NCBI GenBank assembly: GCA_051003195.1 | Contig: JBPCLP010000015.1 | Location: 1 to 57,788 of the forward strand | Source of the DNA: Candidatus Sumerlaeaceae bacterium | GTDB taxonomy: Bacteria > Sumerlaeota > Sumerlaeia > Sumerlaeales > Sumerlaeaceae | Direction of reading: 5' to 3' | DNA: 57,788 nucleotides | In this document: positions 9,601 to 18,367 of the stretch, piece by piece | How the letters are laid out: each line of letters starts with the position of its first letter | How positions within the stretch are numbered: the stretch's first letter is position 1 | Translations under genes and position numbers: made by a program | The notes under the pieces: generated by a model | Seen by the model: only the letters and a program-made list of their open reading frames with translations | Told to the model about the DNA's origin: nothing | Databases searched by the model: none

Positions 9601-10561
9601 TGTCTTTCCCTTTGACTGTTGTGTGCTCGAACGTATTCCACAAGGAATCAAGAGCAGCAAGCTCCGCTGCGCGCCCTAATAATGGTGACGTGTTGGCGTG
9701 GGCAACCGCGCTTTTGCCGCGAATCCCGATTACTTCATAGGTGACGACAGGCTGTTCGACGTTCTTCAGGTGCCGGGCTGGATGCTTTTTAAACCGGAAA
9801 CTGTCGCGGACAAGCGCCTGCGTCGCGGGGCCGATCAAGAGCGTGTCGGTTTCTGCAACACCCTGGATCCGCGCGGCCAGGTTGACCGCCGGCCCAAATA
9901 TGTCGTATGACCGGGTGCCACTGCGGATGACCGACGACAGCACCTCCCCGGTTTCAATTCCTGCAGACACCCGGATCTTTTCGCCATGAATCAACGGAAA
10001 CGCACGCATCCGCTGGCGAATCTCGAACGCCGCGTGGACGGCGGACTCTGCGTCGCGCTCATAGGCGACCGGGGCTCCAAACACAGCCAGGCAACCGTCG
10101 CCCTGGAACTTCACTACAAATCCGTTGTAGCGCTCGATCGCCTGCAAGCAGACGCTATAATACGCGTCCAGTATCTCCTTCACCTGTTCGGCGGTGCGCC
10201 GCTGGCACATCGACGTATAGCTCGTGACATCTACGAACAACACGGATGCCGAACGATACTGCTCGGTGACACCCTCAAGAAACTGCTCCAGTTTGCGTCG
10301 GCTATGGAGTGACGCTTCAACACCCACCTGCTCAAACATGTTGCTCGCAATGGGTCCGACTTCCGCACGTTCCTCCACATCCGTGTCATCACGGTTTTCC
10401 ATTCGCTGCTCATAGGCTGCGAACGCACGGCGCAACTCGGCGGGCAGAAAATCCGGCAACGGCTCGGTCGTCAGAATAGCGCCGCAGTAGCGGCATGCCT
10501 TTGCGAGCTCGCGAATATCCTCTGCACACACAGGGCACTGCTTGAAGGCAGGGAAGTTCAT
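6632..10561 (-). CDS. Class III adenylate cyclase with N-terminal zinc ribbon, STAND-type ATPase, TPR repeats and C-terminal GrpB-like domain
   Basis: Zinc ribbon CPVC...CRYC. Cyclase motifs VLFVDV, VKFQGDG and YDIFGPAVNLAAR. Walker A GDAGIGKS, Walker B AFDDLQWAD, GNPFY. TPR-like helices. GrpB motifs YDAQW, HVGSTAVPGLCSKPLIDI, FRDYLR and YAELK. Confidence 0.9.
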   Translation of the reverse strand: MNFPAFKQCPVCAEDIRELAKACRYCGAILTTEPLPDFLPAELRRAFAAYEQRMENRDDTDVEERAEVGPIASNMFEQVGVEASLHSRRKLEQFLEGVTEQYRSASVLFVDVTSYTSMCQRRTAEQVKEILDAYYSVCLQAIERYNGFVVKFQGDGCLAVFGAPVAYERDAESAVHAAFEIRQRMRAFPLIHGEKIRVSAGIETGEVLSSVIRSGTRSYDIFGPAVNLAARIQGVAETDTLLIGPATQALVRDSFRFKKHPARHLKNVEQPVVTYEVIGIRGKSAVAHANTSPLLGRAAELAALDSLWNTFEHTTVKGKDTELAGAVLVGDAGIGKSRLMKQFSASKDPIRSFLVETAPFAGRTPWSIWRDLFCHMSGACLTRSRAEISKAFRALLKKCNVAAENTVTMRAIMGDPDCIAKLSALPPGNLRQMIAADIRILLESMANCGGPLIVAFDDLQWADHTSVEVLASILKRPAPRGTFFLVSCRNESSVQTWNFEGLQALVLEELPVSDRESLFGTALDSEELLNLVPADRLKEISGNPFYIIELARSISTVCKAARSHEQRENLMRNALAKVPLSVRELVQSRVDSLESAKKQILQCAAVLGNRFPYRIIELFSFIRDGLLANLYALKNDELLEEAALPDGLEFWFQHNAVREVAYHSLLDRQRRELHRAIAQKIEARFADSLDEHLDTLAYHYGNSDEHESAIKYLRIAGDSAEKLAATHEAIEAYQRLLAHIEKSEYPDRHQQTCMQILRVKGRLHWLAGESPVAQENLDAGMKLACSAGDRKGVACFDIELACVYHSRGEYLKAREYLEHALPEADAEQDPRFCGLLLSRFGMCEWGLGNITEASRYFRQATELNLAGSHPAIAADAWNNYALTEWKTGRLESAAEQFRHAIELYRVAQNKFGIAAAHMNIGIIQENMGLYEQAKESYSEALALAEQIRFRQALTAVHGNLASLGLAMEDFTQANAHSLKSLELAERIGDKRSCAIALENLALSCLLAEDIARAKRILGQARKLAKTLGDAERIFSLDLVEAELKLLQGQVPQAEKKLNSAMSELAIKGYESEKPRLLRLVAMSQLRQGQNQEAYSTAMLCIKVARTQHNTTEEKRVQRVLGSLGLPSHQWSYAEDQIAMVDYDAQWPLDYERDAAIVAGALGQQAAEIHHVGSTAVPGLCSKPLIDILVAVQNLAVVSEYEAYMEAIGFATVPTYDVERHCFRKVPMRTCHVHIVQLHGYHYRRMLAFRDYLRATPLAVKQYAELKTALAREFGSERPLYSRSKTAFIEEAIAAAERDGFMPVPMSALA

Positions 10562-10695
10562 ATTACCGCGAGCCTATACCCCGCTTCCGTTTAATCAACA
10601 ACTACGTGGCCATAAACTATGGCAATCCATGCAGCGGTTACTGTTCTTGACTGCAATCCCCTGCCGTGGCAAATTGCGGCCAGTTTATAAACCTG

Positions 10696-12261
10696 ATGTC
10701 CTCGCAGGAAGCTTTGATGCGTCATTCAACGGGCGATGCATGCAGCCAATCTGAAAACCTGGATTCCGTCTTTGAGCAGTTGCCGGCGGCGGATGGGAGC
10801 ACTGACACGGCATCCAAGGGTTCCGCAAGCCAGGCGGGCGACCTCGCAGCTCCGCTTACTTATCACAGCAAAACCGTAGCGTCGATTCAGACCCCGGCCA
10901 AAAGCGAGCCGACTGCAAGCCAGCCGATTAGGCCAGGCGACGTTTTTGAGGGACAGCACGCGAATTATACGATCCTGTCGAAACTGGGCAGCGGCGGCAT
11001 GGGCGCTGTGTTCCTTGCGGAGACACAGTCGACGCCGTGTAACGGCCCGACTGACGCGAATGCCGGTTCTCCAACGGAACGGGTCGCGATCAAATTCTTC
11101 AAGACGGGCGCCGGCATTGAACCGGGGGTGCTGATTAAACGCGAGCTATCCGCTCTTCGTGCCCTGAAGCATGAGCGCATACCGGCCGTGCGGGACTGGA
11201 GTATTTCGGAACCATACGCGTTCGTGGTGCTCCCGTATTTTGCAGCGGGCAGCCTGGAGGACGTGCTTAGCCGATCCGGTCCAATCTCCATCCCGATGGC
11301 GTGGCAGCTTCTGGAACATCTGCTTTCGGCGCTGGTTGTAGCGCATCGCGCGTCGCTTCTGCACCTGGATATCAAGCCGGGTAATGTCCTTTGTGCTGAG
11401 GACGGCTTTTACCTGAGCGACTTTGGAATCTCGCAGGGCAGCATGGCTGCGTTGTTCGAGGGCGAAGCGTGCCTCGGCTCTCCAGTCTATCAGTCCCCGG
11501 AGCAGCGCGAGCGCCGCTATAAGGACTTCGATGTTCGATCGGACCTGTGGGGAGTGGGATTTACATTATGGACCGCCCTTACCGGCATGGAAGCCGATGC
11601 AACAAGGTCGCTTCGCCTGCAGAATACCGGGAGAATGTACGAGCTTCCCTCACCGGTTTTATTTCGTTCCGACATCCCGGAGCGGTTGGAGCACATGCTG
11701 ATGCCGCTCCTGTGCACGGACCGGGCGCTTCGCCCGGGAAGCGCGGCGGAACTGCTGAGCGAAATAAAATCCTCCGCTTCAAAATCGGAGAGTTCCCGCG
11801 CACGGATTTCGTCCACGTGGACCGACCCGGAAAGCGCACATCCCGAAGGCCGCGCCGCATTAGCTGGAGTGATGGACCCGCTGTGGCGAACGATCCTGGC
11901 CGATCAACGCGTGCAGGGATTCTTTGCGGAGTACCGCAACGGCGAGTGCCTTGTGCAGGAGGGCGAGGAAACCTATGATGCCTTTGTGCTTTTGCGTGGG
12001 GCGGTTGCAGTTTCCCGGGGGGGGCGCGAGATTGCGGTGGAAGAACGTGAAGGCGCATTCCTGGGCGAAGTGAACGCGTTAACCGGTGCGCGGCGGACGG
12101 CAACCTTAACCGCCTGCGGGGACGTTCTTACACTCTGTTTTAACCCGGCCGAGTTTGAGCAGTTCGTGGCGAGCAACCCGGCTATTGCCGTTCGCCTGCT
12201 CAAGACCATGGCCTCGCGCATGCACGACCAGGCACAGTACAAGGACGGTATCGTCGCGTAG
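10696..12261 (+). CDS. Hanks-type Ser/Thr protein kinase with C-terminal cNMP-binding domain
   Basis: Kinase motifs LGSGGMGAVF, VAIK, HLDIKPGN, DFG, YQSPE and SDLWGVG. C-terminal GECLVQEGE...FLGEVNAL...RTAT. Start uncertain (GTG 10666, ATG 10696 or ATG 10717). Confidence 0.9.
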   Translation: MSSQEALMRHSTGDACSQSENLDSVFEQLPAADGSTDTASKGSASQAGDLAAPLTYHSKTVASIQTPAKSEPTASQPIRPGDVFEGQHANYTILSKLGSGGMGAVFLAETQSTPCNGPTDANAGSPTERVAIKFFKTGAGIEPGVLIKRELSALRALKHERIPAVRDWSISEPYAFVVLPYFAAGSLEDVLSRSGPISIPMAWQLLEHLLSALVVAHRASLLHLDIKPGNVLCAEDGFYLSDFGISQGSMAALFEGEACLGSPVYQSPEQRERRYKDFDVRSDLWGVGFTLWTALTGMEADATRSLRLQNTGRMYELPSPVLFRSDIPERLEHMLMPLLCTDRALRPGSAAELLSEIKSSASKSESSRARISSTWTDPESAHPEGRAALAGVMDPLWRTILADQRVQGFFAEYRNGECLVQEGEETYDAFVLLRGAVAVSRGGREIAVEEREGAFLGEVNALTGARRTATLTACGDVLTLCFNPAEFEQFVASNPAIAVRLLKTMASRMHDQAQYKDGIVA

Positions 12262-12511
12262 GTGCCCCATCGGGGTTGAAGTGTGTCATGCCCACACCCC
12301 AACACTCCTCCCTCGCATGGCAGAGGCCGTACACGCCAGCAACTACATCGCGGATCAGGCTAAACCCAAAACCGTTGCAGCCCACCATTCTTGCATGACA
12401 CCATCGCTTCTGGCCCGCTGGCGGTGAGAATCTGTCAGTATCTGTCAGCAAAGGACGATCGGGTTGCCTGCTGAAACTACGTCACTTGGGATCTAACTCC
12501 AGGAAAATAAA

Positions 12512-12587
12512 TGGAGCGGGAGACGGGTCTCGAACCCGCGACCCTCAGCTTGGGAAGCTGATGCTCTACCAACTGAGCTACTCCCGC
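12512..12587 (-). tRNA. tRNA-Gly (anticodon CCC)
   Basis: Reverse complement GCGGGAGTAGCTCAGTTGGTAGAGCATCAGCTTCCCAAGCTGAGGGTCGCGGGTTCGAGACCCGTCTCCCGCTCCA; 76 nt cloverleaf with encoded CCA. Confidence 0.97.
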
Positions 12588-12667
12588 TCGTGCTGGGCCT
12601 GTGCGCCGGTACTACAGGGTACTATGGCCGGGCATTCGCCGTGATTATGCCGGACGTAAAATAAGGA

Positions 12668-13597
12668 TCAGCGGGTGATTCCGGAGGTGTAGTGGGTCGC
12701 GGACTTGCGGACCGGGATTGCCACGACAACTTCGGAGTCGGTAATTTTTTGCCGTTTTGTCCTGGCGAAGATTAGAGGCCGGACCGGTGCTTTCTGCTTG
12801 TCCGCCGTATCGGCTGCCACTTTTTGCTCGTGGAGTGTCCTGGAGTTGCGCTGTTGAATAACTACTTCGTTTTCCGCCGCCCCGGATGGCGTCACGCGTG
12901 CGTCCAGGTTTTCAACGGGCTCCTGGAGGCAGGCAATCGTGCGACCGGCGCGGCTTGCATAGCCGGCGAGAAACTTCATGAACACTTCAGAACGCACGAA
13001 TATGGCATTGTTGTTGTCGTCGCGCTGGCTAAGGATGCCCTGGACCTTGCCGTTTTCGTCGAGGATCGGGCCGCCCGAAAAGCCGCTATATACTTTTGCG
13101 GACGATAGTGCAAATCCGTCCATGGTGTGCGGGTGGATTAGCTTACCCCGCGAGGTGCGGACCCGGTCGGCAAAGTTGCCGATAATTTTTACGGCGTCCC
13201 TAGGCTGCAGCGCACATGGCTGCACTTGCAGAGCGGAGCATCCCACCACCGGCCGTTGAAGTTTGAGCAGCGCGAGGTCGTGTTCCACGTCTTTCGCGAC
13301 GACGGTGGCGGGCGTAAATTCCTTCGGTCCGGTCTGGACGGTGAGCTGCTGGGCGCTTACGATGCCCACCGGGGTAGGGATCCGTAGCAGATGATTGCAG
13401 GTCAGCAGCAGGTCGCCGTCGACCAGAAATCCGGTGCCGTTGCCGGAAGCCTTGGCCCCGTTGCGCATGTGCGCGTTTGAGAGAACCATGAGGCAGGAAT
13501 GTGCTGGATCGGCCGGGGGGGCAGAACTGATGGCTGCAACAATGACCTGCGGAAAACTAAACGCAATCGCTGCCAATATTGGACCTAAGGCACGCAT
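12668..13597 (-). CDS. Secreted trypsin-like serine protease (Trypsin_2 type)
   Basis: Motifs GTGFLV, LLTCNH, DLALLKL and GFSGGP. Signal-peptide-like N-terminus from ATG 13597. Confidence 0.85.
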   Translation of the reverse strand: MRALGPILAAIAFSFPQVIVAAISSAPPADPAHSCLMVLSNAHMRNGAKASGNGTGFLVDGDLLLTCNHLLRIPTPVGIVSAQQLTVQTGPKEFTPATVVAKDVEHDLALLKLQRPVVGCSALQVQPCALQPRDAVKIIGNFADRVRTSRGKLIHPHTMDGFALSSAKVYSGFSGGPILDENGKVQGILSQRDDNNNAIFVRSEVFMKFLAGYASRAGRTIACLQEPVENLDARVTPSGAAENEVVIQQRNSRTLHEQKVAADTADKQKAPVRPLIFARTKRQKITDSEVVVAIPVRKSATHYTSGITR

Positions 13598-13679
13598 GTA
13601 CAACTCCCCGGGGAAAATCAGGTGCAATGGACTGTACGGGCTGGAAGGTGGAAATCAAGCCCAAAGACTTGCTTCACGG

Positions 13680-14276
13680 CTATTTTATGCCCACAAGTTC
13701 CACGTCGAATTCGAGAGTGGCATTGGGCGGAACGGAGCCGCTGCCCTTGGCGCCATAGCCCTGCGAGGGCGGGATGGTAATCAGGCGCCGCCCACCTAAG
13801 CGCATTCCGCCAACACCTTCATCCATGCCAGGAATGGTTTTGCCGGCGCCGGGGGTGAACTTGAACGGCGTGGGAATGAGCCGGGTGCGGGAGGAATCCG
13901 CCACTTTTCCATTCTGGAGGCGCAGGGTGTAGTGGACGGCCAGTTCGCTCGTGCTGGTTGGTTCGGCGCCCGTGCCGATTACCAGGTCTTTGTAAGAGAC
14001 GCCGGAGGTAAGTGTGACGGAAGTCCCTGCCGCCGCAGAGGCCTGAGCGATGGGTGCGGAAGCAGTGGCTGCGGCTGGAGCAGTGGTGACCGGGCTGGCC
14101 TGCTCAACAGCAGGTGCTGCGAGCGGTGCGGTCGCGGTTGAAACCGAGGTTTGCGCGTCGTCCACGGATTGCGGTGCGGTGGTTTCGACCTGAGTGCTTG
14201 TCGTCTGCGCCTGTGCGGTCGCGCAGATGGTGCAACCTATTGTGGCAAAAAGAAAAAGTTTAACTAAACGTGGCAT
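13680..14276 (-). CDS. FKBP-type peptidyl-prolyl cis-trans isomerase, exported
   Basis: Motifs VHYT, IPGMDEG, MRLGGRRLITIPPSQGYG and VPPNATLEFDVEL. Signal peptide and Ala/Thr-rich linker. Confidence 0.92.
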   Translation of the reverse strand: MPRLVKLFLFATIGCTICATAQAQTTSTQVETTAPQSVDDAQTSVSTATAPLAAPAVEQASPVTTAPAAATASAPIAQASAAAGTSVTLTSGVSYKDLVIGTGAEPTSTSELAVHYTLRLQNGKVADSSRTRLIPTPFKFTPGAGKTIPGMDEGVGGMRLGGRRLITIPPSQGYGAKGSGSVPPNATLEFDVELVGIK

Positions 14277-14390
14277 GCGGTCCTGCGTTCCTGTAGCTGT
14301 GTCTCGATGCGAGAATCGAAGGCTGGTGGAACAGTTCAACTAGAAATGCTGGGCGAGCTGGCGCAACGGGACAGTAAGTTAAACCTGCCC

Positions 14391-15260
14391 CTAAACAGAC
14401 AGCAGCCCCTGGAATTTACGAATGGCAAACACCACGAGGAAGACTGCGAACTGTACCAGCACGACGGCTGCGCCGCTGGGCCAGTCGGTCGCATGCGACA
14501 GCAGCAAACCAACGAGCGTCGTAAGCACACCGGCCATAATGGATAGCACGACCATACGATTAAAACGCTGCGTCAGCAATTGCGCGGTGGCACCGGGCAA
14601 AATGAGAAAGGCGCTTACGAGGAGGATACCGACCAGCCTCGCCGAGATGATGACAGTGACCGACAACAGTGCAACGAGCAGAAAGTGAAGGACGTTGACA
14701 GGCACGCCGGACACTCCCGCCATCTCTTCATCGAACGTGTAATAGAGCAGCTCTTTTTGTAGAAGGAGCAGTGGTGTGGCCACCACGGCTGCCAGGCCAC
14801 ACGTTAACCATAGCTGACCTTTGTTAAGTGCGAGGATGCTGCCAAACAGGTACGAATAGACGTCCTGATTGAACCCTGGCGCCATCTTAAAGAACACTGC
14901 ACCAAGCGCCATTGAGGCGACAAAGAAGATGCCAATGGCGCTGTCCTCCGAAATTTTGGAATGGCGCGTGGTAAGGGCGATAAGCACGGCTACGCCCAGG
15001 CAGAACACCAGTGCGGTCGCGTCGACTCGCAGGGCGGCATCGGCTGTGCTGCCGAACAGCAGAATTCCCAAAGCGTAACCACCAAGCGCGCTGTGGGAGA
15101 TCCCCTGGCCGATGAATGCCATTCTTCGTAGGACGACGTATACAGACAACAGCGAGCAGACGGCTGCCGTAGCAAGCCCGCCCACGACCGCGTGACGCCA
15201 GAAAGCGTACTCAACCAGGTCCCGCCAGAAAGTTGGTACGATGTCCGCCAGATTGCTCAT
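14391..15260 (-). CDS. Metal (Zn/Mn/Fe) ABC transporter permease, ZnuB-like
   Basis: Motifs VVLRRMAFIGQGISHSALGG, EDSAIG, YLFGSIL and VGILLVSAFLILP. Multiple TM helices. Confidence 0.9.
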   Translation of the reverse strand: MSNLADIVPTFWRDLVEYAFWRHAVVGGLATAAVCSLLSVYVVLRRMAFIGQGISHSALGGYALGILLFGSTADAALRVDATALVFCLGVAVLIALTTRHSKISEDSAIGIFFVASMALGAVFFKMAPGFNQDVYSYLFGSILALNKGQLWLTCGLAAVVATPLLLLQKELLYYTFDEEMAGVSGVPVNVLHFLLVALLSVTVIISARLVGILLVSAFLILPGATAQLLTQRFNRMVVLSIMAGVLTTLVGLLLSHATDWPSGAAVVLVQFAVFLVVFAIRKFQGLLSV

Positions 15261-15412
15261 CGCACCCCACCGGCATCATGCTTCACGGGCTGGTCAATGT
15301 TAACTGAACGGGTTGTAGCACTGCTGCCCCGTCTGAAGCACGCTGCTGAGCAATCCCAGACAGGACAGAGCTAATGCATTGGAGCTAGTCGCTGGGACGG
15401 AACGTGCGGATG

Positions 15413-15499
15413 TGGTGCCGGGACCGGGAATCGAACCCGGATGGCCTTTCGGCCGAGGGATTTTAAGTCCCTTGCGTCTGCCAATTTCGCCATCCCGGC
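15413..15499 (-). tRNA. tRNA-Leu (anticodon TAA)
   Basis: Reverse complement GCCGGGATGGCGAAATTGGCAGACGCAAGGGACTTAAAATCCCTCGGCCGAAAGGCCATCCGGGTTCGATTCCCGGTCCCGGCACCA; 87 nt with long variable arm. Confidence 0.97.
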
Positions 15500-15687
15500 A
15501 GCGTGATGCACGAATTGTGAAAACAACGGCAGCTGTTCATGAATTCATAATGCGGATTGATGAGACGCTGTGTTAGTCAGCCAGGGTAAATAGCGCTGTC
15601 GCTCGTCTCGCTATTGTGCTGTTGCCATGGGCTTTTCGGCGCTGTGTCTTTCCGGCCTGACAAACTGTGGATGTTGAGGGTGGTTAT

Positions 15688-16779
15688 TTGGCTCGTTACG
15701 GAATTCTGACTGGCGGAGGCGATTGCCCTGGGCTGAATGCGGTGCTTCGTGCGGCGGGGAAAATACTCATTGCGCGCGGACATGAGGTGATCGGTTTCGA
15801 GGACGGTTTTCTCGGGATTATGGAGAGTCGTTACCGCACGCTTTCTCAGCATGATCTCTCCGGCATCCTGGCCATGGGCGGCACGATTCTCGGTACATCC
15901 AACCGCGACAATCCGTTTAAGTGGTGCTCCGCGCAGGCTCTCACGGCCGGCGAGCCGCAAACGGACTGCTCCGACCAGGTCGTGGCTCTCCTGGAAAAGC
16001 TGGAAATCGAGGGGCTCATCATTATCGGGGGTGATGGAAGCCTGTCCATCGCACATCGGCTTCACGAAGAGAAGGGCGTGCGCTGCGTCGGCGTGCCTAA
16101 GACGATTGATAACGATCTGCAGGCGACTGACCTTACATTCGGTTTCGATACCGCGGTTCAGATTGCGACGGAGTGCATCGATCGTCTACACTCCACCGCC
16201 ATGAGCCATCATCGCGCGATGGTCGTGGAGATTATGGGCCGTTATGCGGGATGGCTGGCGCTTAACGCCGGTGTCGCAGGAGGAGCTGATGTAATTCTTA
16301 TCCCCGAAATACCGTATAGTGTGGACGCGGTGTGCCGAGTGATCCGCGACCGAAGCACTGTCGGCAAACGGTTCAGCATTCTAGCCGTCAGCGAAGGTGC
16401 AAAACCGGTCGGCGGCGGGGTGACTGTGGCGCACCGCGTAGCGGGCAGCCATGATCCGATCAGGCTGGGGGGAATTGCACAGCGGCTGGCAACGGAGATT
16501 GAGGATCTGGCGGGAGTGGAAACACGTGCAACGGTGCTCGGGCATATCCAGCGCGGGGGTTCCCCCTCCAGCATGGACCGCCTGCTGGCAACCGGCTTTG
16601 GACATCTCGCAGCCGAGCTGGTGCTCGAAAAGGCATGGGGTCAGATGGCCGCATACCAGTGTGGAACTTTTGCTGCCGTGCCGATAAAAGACGCGGTGAG
16701 CCGCCTGAAGCTGGTCCCGGCCGATAACACGCTCGTTGCCGCTGCGCGTGCAATCGGAGTAGGATTCGGCGACGCTTAA
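15688..16779 (+). CDS. pfkA: 6-phosphofructokinase
   Basis: Motifs GILTGGGDCPGLNAV, GGTILGT, GGDGS, PKTIDND, EIMGR and LGHIQRGG. TTG 15688 follows GAGGG. Confidence 0.93.
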   Translation: MARYGILTGGGDCPGLNAVLRAAGKILIARGHEVIGFEDGFLGIMESRYRTLSQHDLSGILAMGGTILGTSNRDNPFKWCSAQALTAGEPQTDCSDQVVALLEKLEIEGLIIIGGDGSLSIAHRLHEEKGVRCVGVPKTIDNDLQATDLTFGFDTAVQIATECIDRLHSTAMSHHRAMVVEIMGRYAGWLALNAGVAGGADVILIPEIPYSVDAVCRVIRDRSTVGKRFSILAVSEGAKPVGGGVTVAHRVAGSHDPIRLGGIAQRLATEIEDLAGVETRATVLGHIQRGGSPSSMDRLLATGFGHLAAELVLEKAWGQMAAYQCGTFAAVPIKDAVSRLKLVPADNTLVAAARAIGVGFGDA

Positions 16780-17095
16780 CAAACACGGCTGACTGGGACC
16801 GGCGATTGTCAGTTATAGTTTCAGGATAATTCGCGCGCGCGTCAGCAGTGCTGTTATGCCAAGTACTGCAAAAGTGAACAATGCGGAGCGAAGTAAGCCG
16901 AGGCCGCGGAAGACGTCGATGGATGCTATACGACCGGGATTCGGTGCTGTTAAGCAATCGTGCTGCATTGGCTACAAACCGGCTGTGCAATGAGCGTTGT
17001 CATTCCAATTGTTTGCCTACTGGTAGGCAAAGCTAAATAAGAGGTGGTCGTTTTCCGCTTGCCGTTGGTTTGCAGTCGCGCGCCTAATCGCCCCC

Positions 17096-18289
17096 GTGCA
17101 ATTTAGTCTCGATCGTTTTTATCGTATCAACCGCCGCGCGCTGATCTGGCTGGCGCTTTTCGGGCTGATTTATGTGCTGAGGGATTTCTTCGCGCTGATA
17201 TTCGTAACGTTCCTGCTTGTCAGCTTTACGCTTCCCCTCGTCAACTATCTCGTCCGCAATACGCGCTTCCCGCGCAAGCTGGTTATCGTGTCTGTATATC
17301 TGCTCATGTTTGCTGGACTGATCGGGGTGGTAACATACGTTGTGCCTCGGGTGGTAGACGAAGCGGCGTCGGTAGCATCGGAACTGCGCTGGCGAAACGT
17401 CAAGCAGGCGATGCATGATTTTGCAAACCATAATCCTAAGCTCAAGACACTCGAAGGTTATATCAACCAGATGCCGCTGGAAAACTGGCTGGGGATCAGC
17501 CGATTCGAGAGCCAGGCACAGGGGATATTCCGAAGTGCTCTTGTCATTGCAGTAGCGACGATCAGCACGCTTCTGCTGTCGCTGCTGTTTGCTTTTCTCA
17601 TTGTACTGGACCTGACGCGCCTGACCGAACAGGTGCGCAAGCTGGAACGATCGCGACTGCATGATTTTTATGAGCAGACTGCCGCGCCCGTCGTGCGCTT
17701 CGCAGGCGTGATCGCCTCGTCGTTCCGGGCCCAGGCAGTCATCGCGCTGGCAAACACGCTGCTAACGACGGTCGGTTTTTTTGCGCTCGGCCTGCCAAAG
17801 GTCGCGCTACTCGCCATTGTCGTCTTCTTCTTCAGCTTTATCCCGGTGTTGGGCGTCTTCATCAGCACTACGCCGGCCGTGCTTATCGCTATCAACGTGG
17901 GCGGCTATGCATTGGGCATTAAAGTTATAGGGTTCGTAATCCTCGTGCATTTGATCGAAGCATATGTGCTGAACCCACTGATTTACGGGCAGCACCTCAA
18001 ACTGAATCCTGTTCTGGTACTGATCATCCTTTATGTGGGCCACCATTTCTTTGGGCTTTGGGGCATGCTGCTTGGTGTACCCGTTGCATATTACTTCATA
18101 CATTACGTTTTTGCGATTCCCCTGGATCCCTCTGCCGAAGTCGCGCCGCCGCGGTTAAGACGGAAACGTGTTCTGAAGATGGCCGTATCGCCGGCGTTGG
18201 AACCAGCAGCAGATGCACGTCCAGCGGATGAGCCGGCCTCTTCCATGCCCCAGGGAACTTCAGGTGTCCAGGCGCAGCCGGGCAGCTGA
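17096..18289 (+). CDS. AI-2E family transporter
   Basis: Multi-TM protein with SFIPVLG, EAYVLNPLIYG, LNPVLVL and FGLWGMLLGVP. Confidence 0.88.
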   Translation: MQFSLDRFYRINRRALIWLALFGLIYVLRDFFALIFVTFLLVSFTLPLVNYLVRNTRFPRKLVIVSVYLLMFAGLIGVVTYVVPRVVDEAASVASELRWRNVKQAMHDFANHNPKLKTLEGYINQMPLENWLGISRFESQAQGIFRSALVIAVATISTLLLSLLFAFLIVLDLTRLTEQVRKLERSRLHDFYEQTAAPVVRFAGVIASSFRAQAVIALANTLLTTVGFFALGLPKVALLAIVVFFFSFIPVLGVFISTTPAVLIAINVGGYALGIKVIGFVILVHLIEAYVLNPLIYGQHLKLNPVLVLIILYVGHHFFGLWGMLLGVPVAYYFIHYVFAIPLDPSAEVAPPRLRRKRVLKMAVSPALEPAADARPADEPASSMPQGTSGVQAQPGS

Positions 18290-18367
18290 CCCACTCCATT
18301 TTTAGCATGACACGAGTAACTGAGTTCCTCGTATCCGTGGCTCTTGAGTTTAATTAATGGGGTGACG

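Noticed and set aside
10609..10623. GCCATA-AAC-TATGGC inverted repeat between the divergent cyclase and kinase genes
   Set aside because: Arms of only 6 bp can arise by chance; not supportable without conservation data.
12262..12427. Possible integrase C-terminal remnant (HAH...MAEAV) next to tRNA-Gly
   Set aside because: Resemblance is too weak; no catalytic R-H-R-Y residues are identifiable.
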